A stretch of 64,000 nt of DNA from a virus (IMGVR_UViG_3300037789_000055:14819-78818); one strand, 5' to 3'; numbered from the stretch's first letter, positions 38,910-46,973 are shown. Notes: generated by a model not told the origin, from the letters alone. Numbers and translations are program-made.

Positions 38910-38966
38910 CTGGCTTCTAGGACGTGAGGGGGAGCGGTAACTCCCCCTCGCACCAAACGGAGCCAG
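38910..38966 (-). promoter_or_regulatory. Structured leader with a 13-nt motif shared with the polA leader
   Basis: GAGGGGGAG/CTCCCCCTC hairpin inside CTGGCT/AGCCAG; CACCAAACGGAGC at 38951-38963. Confidence 0.55.
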
Positions 38967-38974
38967 TGGAGTGG

Positions 38975-39037
38975 TTGTGGATGATTTCGATTCTGAAATC
39001 AACCACAATGTTGACTTAATTTCCGGAAATCAAGTCA
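38975..39037. promoter_or_regulatory. Operator-like palindromes (6-bp-spaced variant plus copy 3)
   Basis: TTGTGG-A-TGATTTC-GATTCT-GAAATCA-A-CCACAA (38975-39008) and TGACTTAATTTCCGGAAATCAAGTCA (39012-39037). Confidence 0.7.
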
Positions 39038-40458
39038 GACATGCTGGGTTTGGAAAAGACCTGAGGTTTCTTCGACGGGGCCTTCTTCTTCTTCGGCCCT
39101 CGAAGCTTGATCCTTTCCTTCGTTTCATCCACGGCACTCGAAAGTGCCGACTTTTTCTCGACGATCTCGAAGGTTTTCTGGTCCATCGAGTTCTCGTATT
39201 CCATCACCGTGATCAGAAGAGGTGTTTCCCGCTTGCCACGGATTGCTCGGCGGTAAGCTTGGACGAAGCTGCTGTCCATATAGTCGAGTGACATGAAAAT
39301 GATGTGGTCGACATGACCCCAGTTGTACCCGACCCCCGCAGTGGCGCCGGAGGCAATGACTACATCCAGTTTGCCCGCCCGAAAATCCTCATCGATCTGA
39401 GAACGCTTGGCAGCTGAGACCTTTCCGTTGATGACCTTCACCCGGAAACCCATCTCCTGACAGATCTGGAACACCCGGTCGTGCTGCGGTGTGAACGCTC
39501 CGAAGATCACCAGGGGTTTACCCGTCCGCTTGTGATCCTCCAGATGGATGATCAGGCGCTCTTCCTTACCTGTTCGTTTGATCTTGTCGAGGGGTTCACC
39601 GAACGTTTGTGGATGCTCCATCAGCTGCCGACAACGGATCAGGTTCACACCTGGGAGAGACCCATCGAGCCAACTGTCCTCGAGCTCCAGGAGAGCAGTC
39701 TCCTCGAACTCGGTGTAGGCTTCGCGCTGCTTCGGGTCCATCTGGCAAAGTTCGTGCACCAGGATTTTGGCCTCAGGCCCATAGGTCTGCTCAAAGGACC
39801 GACGGATGGCCATCTTCTTGAAGATCTTCCCGATCCGACCTGGGTCGCGCCAGGCGACAATCTGCCCATAGGAGTTCTCGATCGCGTGAGCGAGGAGAAA
39901 GCCGAAGTGGGAGTTGTAATGTCCCGGCTCACACAGTTGGATGAGGGGGAAGGCTGTATCCAGACGGCCGTCGACAATGGTCCCGGTCATGGCAACGAGA
40001 TACTTCGTCCGTTCCATGAACCGGTAGAGGGATTGGGTTCGCTGTGAATCGTCGGATTTGAACCCGAGGTGCCATTCATCTCCCACCAGAGCGTTGATGT
40101 CTGGATGGAGTTTCACAAGCTGAGGCCAGTTCCGGGCGAAACAGTCAAACCCCATGATGAAGACCTTCGCGTCAGTCTGCATCTGCTTGGCCCGCTTCAC
40201 GGGTGTCCCGTCCACAATGATCACGTCCTCTTCAGTGAAGTCAGACCAGAGGAGGAGTTCATCCAGGTTCTTCTTCAGAAGGGACTTCGGCATGACCCAG
40301 ATCGTCCTGACCTTCTTCTCGGTCCAGAGCCAGCTCATATATACGCATGTCGGAGGGGTTTTGCCGGTGCCAGGGTCGCTGAAATTACCGCAACGAGGTC
40401 TCGACATATAGAACGTCAGATCGACGATCTGATCGTCCCAGAGTGATAGGTCTTTCAT
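39016..40458 (-). CDS. SF2 (SNF2/DEXH-like) helicase, 480 aa
   Basis: DPGTGKT Walker A, DEWH, MTGT, GVGYN and QAYRRAIR. Confidence 0.9.
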   Translation of the reverse strand: MKDLSLWDDQIVDLTFYMSRPRCGNFSDPGTGKTPPTCVYMSWLWTEKKVRTIWVMPKSLLKKNLDELLLWSDFTEEDVIIVDGTPVKRAKQMQTDAKVFIMGFDCFARNWPQLVKLHPDINALVGDEWHLGFKSDDSQRTQSLYRFMERTKYLVAMTGTIVDGRLDTAFPLIQLCEPGHYNSHFGFLLAHAIENSYGQIVAWRDPGRIGKIFKKMAIRRSFEQTYGPEAKILVHELCQMDPKQREAYTEFEETALLELEDSWLDGSLPGVNLIRCRQLMEHPQTFGEPLDKIKRTGKEERLIIHLEDHKRTGKPLVIFGAFTPQHDRVFQICQEMGFRVKVINGKVSAAKRSQIDEDFRAGKLDVVIASGATAGVGYNWGHVDHIIFMSLDYMDSSFVQAYRRAIRGKRETPLLITVMEYENSMDQKTFEIVEKKSALSSAVDETKERIKLRGPKKKKAPSKKPQVFSKPSMSDLISGN

Positions 40459-40488
40459 ATGATCCTTCCGGATAAGGGGGGGGGTAGA

Positions 40489-40797
40489 TTAGTCTTGGAA
40501 CACTCTCCCTGAGATCCCATCATCAAGGTATGCTCCTTCACCCTGTGTGGCCATGATCCGGGCCGGGAACCGGATAGTAAACCCCTGGATCTGGATCTGC
40601 CCGAGGGGTTGACCCTCCGCGTCAGAAACCCAGATTGGCGCCAGTTCTCTGGTTGCCCTACGAAGCATCGGCAGGGCCCGATAGGCTTCTTGGACGTTCG
40701 TGTATTCGAGGACCATTGGGCAGGGAATGTCGTTGTGAAGGAAGCTGTAGCGAAGCCGCTCCAACGCTATGCTTATCTCTGCAATTGGATCGTTCAT
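40489..40797 (-). CDS. Hypothetical protein, 102 aa
   Basis: Coupled ORF. Confidence 0.55.
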   Translation of the reverse strand: MNDPIAEISIALERLRYSFLHNDIPCPMVLEYTNVQEAYRALPMLRRATRELAPIWVSDAEGQPLGQIQIQGFTIRFPARIMATQGEGAYLDDGISGRVFQD

Positions 40798-41507
40798 CGG
40801 TTATTCCTCTCTCTGATCTGTCGATCTCGACGGTCTTGCCGGCTCTCGATTGGGGCATCCAACTCCTCCCCTCGGGCAAATCGACGAAGCACTGTCGCTC
40901 CGAGGCTCTCAAGGGGGAGAACAATCAGATCGTCGATCGAGAATTTCAACAGCTCTGTGGTCAGTTTCTGAAAAGGTGGACGGATCACCACCTCTGGTTT
41001 ACCCGTAACCAGGACCGTCCGAGGACTGTAATCCGCCATCCTGGCGAGTGTATCCAGAAGTGGTTGGGCCTTCTGGTCAGCTTGAACAAGGACCAGAGGT
41101 TGGATGTTACTGCTCCGCAGTTCCTTCTCAAGCTCCTTCAGCTTCATCATCCAGATCGGACGTACCACAGGGTAGATCGGAGAACTCATCCTGGAGAGGA
41201 CTGCAAGGTGCCGTCCCAGGTCATCCCTCTCATCCTCGAGAAAGAACAGGTTCTGCCCAGCAGGTTTGGGAACCGGAAGCATCACCTGAGTAACCGGATC
41301 TTTCAGGATCCTCTGGAAAAATTCCCAGTGGACCCGATCCGGGACCGGCGCCGCGGCCGGGATTAAGTGGTTGCACATTCCCCGAGCGACCTTAAAAGGG
41401 CACTCACCCTTCAGGCCAACGAAGTTGCTTCCGCGGCGTCCCTGGCAGAGCCAATAGACTCCTTTCTCTTGGTAGAGGCCGTAAGCCTCGACGAGTTTTT
41501 CGACCAT
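40794..41507 (-). CDS. Hypothetical protein, 237 aa
   Basis: Coupled ORF with no recognised motif. Confidence 0.55.
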   Translation of the reverse strand: MVEKLVEAYGLYQEKGVYWLCQGRRGSNFVGLKGECPFKVARGMCNHLIPAAAPVPDRVHWEFFQRILKDPVTQVMLPVPKPAGQNLFFLEDERDDLGRHLAVLSRMSSPIYPVVRPIWMMKLKELEKELRSSNIQPLVLVQADQKAQPLLDTLARMADYSPRTVLVTGKPEVVIRPPFQKLTTELLKFSIDDLIVLPLESLGATVLRRFARGEELDAPIESRQDRRDRQIRERNNR

Positions 41508-41680
41508 TATTTCACACCTGTTTCAACAGAGGGCAGACTCTGGAGATACCGAAGCGCACAACGCCCTGCAAGCGTCGGCTTGGAGGACAGGTGCTCCAGT
41601 GCAAACTTCGTCGACGGTCTACGTTTTCGACGATGAGAGGACACCAGGGTCCAGAATTGTTTCAGATCGTCAAGGATCAT
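41507..41680 (-). CDS. Hypothetical basic protein, 57 aa
   Basis: Hand-translated MILDDLKQFW...TGVK*; ATGA and TAATG overlaps at its two ends. Confidence 0.6.
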   Translation of the reverse strand: MILDDLKQFWTLVSSHRRKRRPSTKFALEHLSSKPTLAGRCALRYLQSLPSVETGVK

Positions 41681-42138
41681 GATCCCTCCCTCAGTAGCTC
41701 CGATACAGTGGTCCCCGTATAGGATGCGATGTCAATTAGATCCAGCAGCTCGATCGGGCTCGTACCCTTCTCGATCTTCCGGATACGGATCATGGACCTC
41801 TCCAGATCATTCGCGGCTTCAAAGAGCTCGATCCCATGGTCCATCCGGTAGGTGTAAAGACACAGCCCAATCCGAACATGCACTTGGCTGATGGCCTGCT
41901 TGTCGGTCAGTTTCTTGTACGCCCGGCGAGGGATCTTCCTCACCTTCAGGATCTGTTTGATCCGTTTTTCGGACAGCCCATAGGTCCGAGCCAAATGATC
42001 GACCTCCTTTCCGGCAAGATACTCCTCGCAGATGTCTGTGTCTCTGGAATTTCGATCCCTCATTCTATGACTTTCGTGCTCGACGGAACTCAACCTGTGG
42101 TTGGTGTGTCCCAAATGTGTCTCAGTTTCTGTCGTCAA
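41677..42138 (-). CDS. Two-HTH transcription regulator (Mor-like plus XRE-like); repressor candidate
   Basis: VDHLARTYGLSEKRIKQIL and LFEAANDLERSMIRIRKIEKG...IELLDL. The true start may be ATG 42063. Confidence 0.7.
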   Translation of the reverse strand: MTTETETHLGHTNHRLSSVEHESHRMRDRNSRDTDICEEYLAGKEVDHLARTYGLSEKRIKQILKVRKIPRRAYKKLTDKQAISQVHVRIGLCLYTYRMDHGIELFEAANDLERSMIRIRKIEKGTSPIELLDLIDIASYTGTTVSELLREGS

Positions 42139-42362
42139 GATGGAGATTGATCCACATTCGACAGAAACAGCTCTGTTTTTTATAGTGCAATTTCAGAGGG
42201 TTAAGATTTTGCGAAACCGAGATCCACAAAATTTGTAATCAGGGGGTCGGGGGTTCGAGTCCCTCGACCGGCACCATTTAACACCCTCAGACTGCACGAT
42301 TTATTCTCAGCTGTTCTTCAAGAATCCTCCTCCTCTTTTGCTGTGTGTCCAGGAGTGTGTCC
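42104..42362. mobile_element. attP: core plus arm-type direct repeats
   Basis: GTGTGTCC at 42104, 42343 and 42355 (plus ATGTGTCT at 42115), flanking a tRNA-derived core next to the integrase 3' end. Confidence 0.8.
42233..42276 (+). other. att core = 3' half of tRNA-Thr(UGU); not a complete tRNA
   Basis: TTGTAATCAGGGGGTCGGGGGTTCGAGTCCCTCGACCGGCACCA covers the anticodon loop, T-arm with GTTCGA, 3' acceptor strand and CCA. There is no 5' half upstream. Confidence 0.88.
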
Positions 42363-43385
42363 GGACAATTCCGCCACGGCCCGGTGAGCAGCAGCTGTAT
42401 CGAGGTGGGCGTACCGCTCAACCATCTGGAGCGAAGCATGCCCCAGGATACTACGGAGGGTCATGAGATCCCCCCCACGTTGAACCCACCAAGAGGCGAA
42501 CGTATGCCTAAGGTCATGAAACCGAAGGTTTTCCAGATTGGCTTCGACTCGAGCCCTTCGGAAAAATCCTCGAAAGCTATGGTAGGGTACAGGTGGGGTG
42601 CCACGACTGAACACCCAAGGTGAGGGATCCCGATGACACCACTCGAGGAGTGTGTCCGAGAACTCTGGGAGAAGAGGGATGATCCTGTCCCTCTGCGACT
42701 TGGTGTATTCTCTCGGAAGTTGAATTTCCCCGTGCCCTCCTCGGGTCCAGTTAATCCACGCCTTCTGGAACTCACAGATCTCGCCGTGTCGCATCCCGGT
42801 GTAGACCGCGGTTGTGATGACCATCTTCTGCCAGGGGAGCCGGCAGTGGGTTCTCAGGCGCTCGTATTCATCGTGGGTCAGGTACCGCTCCCGGCGTCGT
42901 TCTTTCAGATGCCGCTTCGAGTAGCTCATGATCGGATTGACCTCGGGGGCTCCTGTCATCTCCACCTGGGCATAGGTGAAGACCGTTGAGAGAAAGGCAA
43001 GATCCCGACGAACACTGGTGTCAGAGACACTCCGCCGGCGGTCCATCACGAACTCTTTGATCCCAGGCAGATCGATCTCGGCAAGGGAAAGCCCTCCGAA
43101 ATAGGGGTCCACTGCCTTGAGCGAATTCAGATACCCCTCGACCGTCTTTGGCGCCAGGTTCTTTCCCCGGATGTCGAAGAAGCTCACGACGACCTCCTTG
43201 AAGGCTAGTTGGGCCCGACGTGTGTATACTTCCTCGAGGATCTCCCAGGCGCGGGCTTCGTCCTCTGTGCCAGAAGACTGTCGTACCTTTCGTCCATCTT
43301 CTTCACGATACTGGATCTGCCAGAAGGAGCTCCTCTCGCGACGGTAGACTCGGGCACCGGGGATCCGGGATCGATCAACTGACAT
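42318..43385 (-). CDS. int: Tyrosine integrase, 355 aa
   Basis: YTGMRHGEI, FHDLRH, LGHAS and RYAH catalytic residues; N-terminal arm-binding-like WQIQY. Confidence 0.95.
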   Translation of the reverse strand: MSVDRSRIPGARVYRRERSSFWQIQYREEDGRKVRQSSGTEDEARAWEILEEVYTRRAQLAFKEVVVSFFDIRGKNLAPKTVEGYLNSLKAVDPYFGGLSLAEIDLPGIKEFVMDRRRSVSDTSVRRDLAFLSTVFTYAQVEMTGAPEVNPIMSYSKRHLKERRRERYLTHDEYERLRTHCRLPWQKMVITTAVYTGMRHGEICEFQKAWINWTRGGHGEIQLPREYTKSQRDRIIPLLPEFSDTLLEWCHRDPSPWVFSRGTPPVPYHSFRGFFRRARVEANLENLRFHDLRHTFASWWVQRGGDLMTLRSILGHASLQMVERYAHLDTAAAHRAVAELSGHTPGHTAKEEEDS

Positions 43386-43552
43386 GATGGCTGCTTTCGC
43401 TTGAGTATCCAGCGGAGGACTTCCTCGGTGTCAAACCGGAAGCTTCGGCCGATACGATAACATGGGATGATACCCTGAACCGCCCACCGATGGATGGTTC
43501 TGGGTGCAAAGCTGATCAATTCAGCAACATCTCTTGTCGTGATGAGTTCCAT
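43205..43552 (-). CDS. xis: Excisionase-family (MerR-like HTH) protein
   Basis: LITTRDVAELISFAPRTIHRW...IPCYRIGRSFRFDTEEV; 3' part overlaps int. Confidence 0.8.
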   Translation of the reverse strand: MELITTRDVAELISFAPRTIHRWAVQGIIPCYRIGRSFRFDTEEVLRWILKRKQPSCQLIDPGSPVPESTVARGAPSGRSSIVKKMDERYDSLLAQRTKPAPGRSSRKYTHVGPN

Positions 43553-43603
43553 AACATCCTCCCGCGGATATTTGGAATAGGTGACCTATCCAGAAGGATA
43601 GTT

Positions 43604-43828
43604 CTAGAGGCCTGTGACAATTTGCCGGTAGGGGAAGCTCTTGGGGTCGGCTTTGACCTTCTGATTGAAGGCCCGCCCCACACTCTCGGCGGTGAGGATC
43701 TCGTCGAAAAGTGCCTTCGGAACCGCATCATAGTGGTATTCGGCACCGGTTTTGAACCGTACCCGCATCCCGGTTTGATCGTGGGCCATAGCGGCAATGT
43801 TGCTGCTGACTACCTCTTGGAATTGCAT
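43604..43828 (-). CDS. KTSC-domain protein, 74 aa
   Basis: VSSNIAAMAHD...VRFKTGAEYHYDAVP...AESVGRAFN. Confidence 0.85.
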   Translation of the reverse strand: MQFQEVVSSNIAAMAHDQTGMRVRFKTGAEYHYDAVPKALFDEILTAESVGRAFNQKVKADPKSFPYRQIVTGL

Positions 43829-44091
43829 TAGTTGTCCTCCCTTGGCCAATATCCCAGGCACTGAGGTTGAAGGGGATGTCCCCCGAAGTAGAATCCCTCG
43901 GGAGCTTTCTGTTTCAGTCTTTCGACAGTTTCGTTGAACTGATCAACGGCCTCTTGGGTGTCCCACCAAGGAGACCCTGGTGGTGGAAAAACAAGGTCTC
44001 GTCCTCGTAGCAATCGATCCAGGGAGACGAGACAATCACGAAGGTCCCCTTGGAATTCCACCAGGATGGTGTTGGTGTGGATGGTTCTCAT
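43828..44091 (-). CDS. Hypothetical protein, 87 aa
   Basis: Ends KAPEGFYFGGHP...CLGYW, a recurrent small phage protein pattern. Confidence 0.65.
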   Translation of the reverse strand: MRTIHTNTILVEFQGDLRDCLVSLDRLLRGRDLVFPPPGSPWWDTQEAVDQFNETVERLKQKAPEGFYFGGHPLQPQCLGYWPREDN

Positions 44092-44104
44092 TTCCGGAAA
44101 TATA
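44087..44104. promoter_or_regulatory. Operator-like palindrome, copy 4 (overlaps start codon of 43828..44091)
   Basis: Perfect core ATTTCCGGAAAT at 44090-44101. Confidence 0.65.
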
Positions 44105-44145
44105 TGCCCCCTTTTGAGTTGACAGTCCAGAGTTCGATTGTCGAT

Positions 44146-44174
44146 TTGACTTGATTTCCGGAAATCAAAATAGT
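44146..44174 (+). promoter_or_regulatory. Putative sigma70 promoter of mucR with a perfect 18-bp operator (copy 5) in the spacer
   Basis: TTGACT(44146-51)-17 nt-AATAGT(44169-74); TTGATTTCCGGAAATCAA at 44151-44168. Confidence 0.7.
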
Positions 44175-44206
44175 AGAGCCTTCATCGAAACCTAGAGGAG
44201 AGCACC

Positions 44207-44584
44207 ATGACCGACGAAAAAATCGTGATGAAAGCCGGGGAGATCGTTGCCGCCTACGTCAGCCACAACAGCATGCCTCCTGAGAACGTTCCGGTCTTTC
44301 TGGAAACCCTAACCCACGAAATGGTCAGGCTGATCGGTGTCGAGGAAACTCCTCCTCAACCAGCCGTGCCAATCGAGGAAAGCTATGGTGATGACTTCAT
44401 CATCTGTCTGGAGGATGGGGCCCGGGTGACGCTGCTGAAACGCTACCTAGCCAAGTACCACAACATGACACCTGAGGAGTATCTCGAGAAGTGGGGTCTT
44501 CCAGAGGACTACCCGATGGTTACACCGGAGTATTCCCGCCGGAGGTCATCGATCGCCAAGGACAACGGCCTGGGTCGAAACTGA
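44207..44584 (+). CDS. mucR: Ros/MucR family transcriptional regulator, 125 aa
   Basis: EIVAAYVSHN, PAVPIEES, IICLEDG...LKRYL...H, TPEEY..KWGLP.DYPMV.P.YS..RS.IAK..GLG. Confidence 0.95.
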   Translation: MTDEKIVMKAGEIVAAYVSHNSMPPENVPVFLETLTHEMVRLIGVEETPPQPAVPIEESYGDDFIICLEDGARVTLLKRYLAKYHNMTPEEYLEKWGLPEDYPMVTPEYSRRRSSIAKDNGLGRN

Positions 44585-44767
44585 CTGGGTGGGTTCCCCA
44601 TTCTGATCCATAGGAACATTCCGTCCATCGAACGTGACTGTGTATCGGTCTCCATGGTGATACGCTGAATACCACGCCATGATCTGCGGAACCGACGCGA
44701 CGTCACACTCCACGAAAGTGGTTTTTGGTGTCGCGTCCGCGTTATTGAAAACGAGCCGGGGCATCAT
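44546..44767 (-). CDS. Hypothetical protein, 73 aa
   Basis: GGAG RBS; convergent overlap with the mucR 3' end. Confidence 0.55.
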   Translation of the reverse strand: MMPRLVFNNADATPKTTFVECDVASVPQIMAWYSAYHHGDRYTVTFDGRNVPMDQNGEPTQSVSTQAVVLGDR

Positions 44768-45610
44768 TCACTCCTGTTCTACGAGGGCGCGGAGGAAGGC
44801 GTCAATCATGGCAAAACCGGTATTTCGGTAAGGCCCCGCCTTCCTGGAGAGTTCTGAAAGTGCCCGTGCTATCTCCAACCCCGTCAACGGGGCCATGTTG
44901 AATTGTGATAGTATCCTGGCATCGTGGTCAGCTTGGGCGGCGGCATCTGCTTCCGCAAAAGAGTTGCATATCTGCGGCTTGTCCCCCAAATCCACACTGG
45001 GCTTTTCCAGATGGTATTGTCCATCTATCTCGAAAATGTTGTAGTACCCAAGCACAGACTGTGCGTCATGTAGACCTTTGATGTCGTCTCGTTTGTTGAA
45101 CACCAGAGGCTTGACCTTCGGTACGACCGGGGCCGGGGTAGGGGTCGGGGGGATGAGGGCGCGGATTGCCTTGGCGTGCTTGTGGCAATCTTTTGCGTAT
45201 TGCGTCCAATCGCTGCGAGGGTTGCTTGGCTCAATGAGGGTTGCCGCCGCCTCGATCCCTGCGGCAAAGCCTGCGTCCCGCAGCCGCTCGTTTTCCTCCC
45301 GAAGCTTGATTACCTTGGCCCGTTCTGCTGCGATGATGGCATGTGCGCCTTCCGCCTCGGCCTTGAAGGAGTCGCGCTCGGCCAGGAGGGCAGCGGCAAC
45401 ATGCCCTAGCTCTTGCATTTTGCGTCCTGTTTCTGCACGAAAAGGGAACCCATTGTTCATGTTTGCAGCGTCGGTGAGTACCTCGAAAGCCAGCTGCTCC
45501 ACCTCTTCCTTGCTAGTGTACGGCCTCATCTCATGCCCGACAAACCGCGCATCGCGGTGTCTGGTATGGTAGTCGTGAGGGCTTTCGTTCTCGTAGGTGT
45601 GGTCGGTCAT
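44768..45610 (-). CDS. Hypothetical mosaic protein, 280 aa
   Basis: Coiled coil, Pro linker, and the VKPLVF...AAQADHDARIL module recurrent in alphaproteobacterial phages. Confidence 0.65.
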   Translation of the reverse strand: MTDHTYENESPHDYHTRHRDARFVGHEMRPYTSKEEVEQLAFEVLTDAANMNNGFPFRAETGRKMQELGHVAAALLAERDSFKAEAEGAHAIIAAERAKVIKLREENERLRDAGFAAGIEAAATLIEPSNPRSDWTQYAKDCHKHAKAIRALIPPTPTPAPVVPKVKPLVFNKRDDIKGLHDAQSVLGYYNIFEIDGQYHLEKPSVDLGDKPQICNSFAEADAAAQADHDARILSQFNMAPLTGLEIARALSELSRKAGPYRNTGFAMIDAFLRALVEQE

Positions 45611-45613
45611 TGG

Positions 45614-46144
45614 TCAGTCCTCACAGACAGGGTAGCCTTGATCGAGAAGCTCATAGGCGGTGTAGTGGCGCTGACGGAGATAGGTGATTTCACCGCTCTC
45701 GAACTGCGCAAAGAGTTCTTCACCGAAGGTGGGTAGGAACGCATCGAGGTAGCCCGACCACAGACGGCTACGTGGGCCGGCGGGGTGATGAAAGGACAGG
45801 ATCACATGGGGGTCAAGACACGAACCGGGTACAACATAGTTGCCGGCCAGAAGAGCAAGGACCATGGTCCCTGAGGAGAACCAACGACCGGACACCCGGA
45901 ACGGCCCTTGATCTGCGATGCGCAGAAAGTAGCGCGCGGCGGGGCCGGTGGGGCCACCTCCTGAGTGATGCGGGGCGGGGTGCTGGTGAGCCGTGCCGTG
46001 CAGAATGGTTCGGCCCTGGGCATCAGTGTCAGCAAAAGCCGACCAGCCGAGCAACAGTACACCGACGATGATCCAGAAGCAGACCCCCCAGATGAAGCCG
46101 CGCACGAAGCCGGAGCCATGGGGGTCACGTTGTTCTTTCGACAT
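45614..46144 (-). CDS. Hypothetical membrane-anchored protein, 176 aa
   Basis: N-terminal TM helix; hairpin RBS upstream. Confidence 0.6.
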   Translation of the reverse strand: MSKEQRDPHGSGFVRGFIWGVCFWIIVGVLLLGWSAFADTDAQGRTILHGTAHQHPAPHHSGGGPTGPAARYFLRIADQGPFRVSGRWFSSGTMVLALLAGNYVVPGSCLDPHVILSFHHPAGPRSRLWSGYLDAFLPTFGEELFAQFESGEITYLRQRHYTAYELLDQGYPVCED

Positions 46145-46164
46145 AATATCCTCCTACGGATAAG

Positions 46165-46527
46165 TTAAGCGGCCATGATTTTGAGGAGACGCTCCCTGGC
46201 CTTTTCGGGTTGGTTGTCCGCGAGATCTTCGATCGCACGGCCGATGTGGGCTCCAAGGCCCGTGATCAGGTCGAGGTTCTCTTCCTCTGTGAGGACGACC
46301 TCGATTTCTGGTTCAGGCTCCGCCGGCGGCGCCTTTTTCTTGACCAGGCCGAACTCCAGTGCGACCAGATCGACCTGGTGAAGCACCTGCTCGATCATGG
46401 CCTCCTGCTCCTCAGGAGTGCTCTCGTAGTTGTGCGATGCCAGGTTGCCCAACAGCTCGATCGCCTTCAGGGCCTTCGGCAGTCTCTGGTCCCGGATCCT
46501 CTGAAACTTCTCGTTCTTGGTTTCCAT
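46165..46527 (-). CDS. Hypothetical protein, 120 aa
   Basis: Start at ATG 46527 (METKNEKFQRIRDQRLPKAL). Confidence 0.6.
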   Translation of the reverse strand: METKNEKFQRIRDQRLPKALKAIELLGNLASHNYESTPEEQEAMIEQVLHQVDLVALEFGLVKKKAPPAEPEPEIEVVLTEEENLDLITGLGAHIGRAIEDLADNQPEKARERLLKIMAA

Positions 46528-46736
46528 TATCGCTCCGGTACAAACTGATCTGACAACGCTCTGTAGTAAGGTCGTTGTATGTCGATCACGACATGACACT
46601 TCAAAGGACCAGCAATGACTCGAACAACATTCATTTCCACACCTCGACGTATCTTGTCGCGGAGTTGCCCACCTGGTTGAAAAACAAAATTGTGGGGAAG
46701 GTCCTCTACTATTACTGGGAGTAATGCATCGTACAT
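46527..46736 (-). CDS. Hypothetical protein, 69 aa
   Basis: TAATG coupling. Confidence 0.5.
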   Translation of the reverse strand: MYDALLPVIVEDLPHNFVFQPGGQLRDKIRRGVEMNVVRVIAGPLKCHVVIDIQRPYYRALSDQFVPER

Positions 46737-46739
46737 GAC

Positions 46740-46973
46740 TCAATTCTCCAAATCGTCGACTGCTAAGGTCTTTGCTGACCTTCCACCTTCTTCGAGACCC
46801 AGGAGGAAGGCGTTCAGTTCTCGAACGTTGTCGAAGGTGAAAGTCCTCACAGCCCCCAGCTGTTTGAGCTGGGAGATAGAGTTGATCCCGGCTTCGTAGG
46901 CCTCCACGGCCGATCGGCCGTAGAGGACGGAACAGCTATGCTGCCGCGGGGAGTTTGAAGATCTCAGTGACAT
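46740..46973 (-). CDS. Hypothetical protein, ~77 aa
   Basis: ORF track; start uncertain. Confidence 0.45.
   Translation of the reverse strand: MSLRSSNSPRQHSCSVLYGRSAVEAYEAGINSISQLKQLGAVRTFTFDNVRELNAFLLGLEEGGRSAKTLAVDDLEN

Noticed and set aside
40476-40484. G9 homopolymer upstream of the helicase as a phase-variation tract
   Set aside because: Intergenic, with no visible promoter whose spacing it would change. It could be a sequencing-length artefact.
42200-42276. Complete tRNA gene
   Set aside because: The 5' acceptor strand and D-arm are absent upstream of the anticodon loop, so it is treated as an att core.
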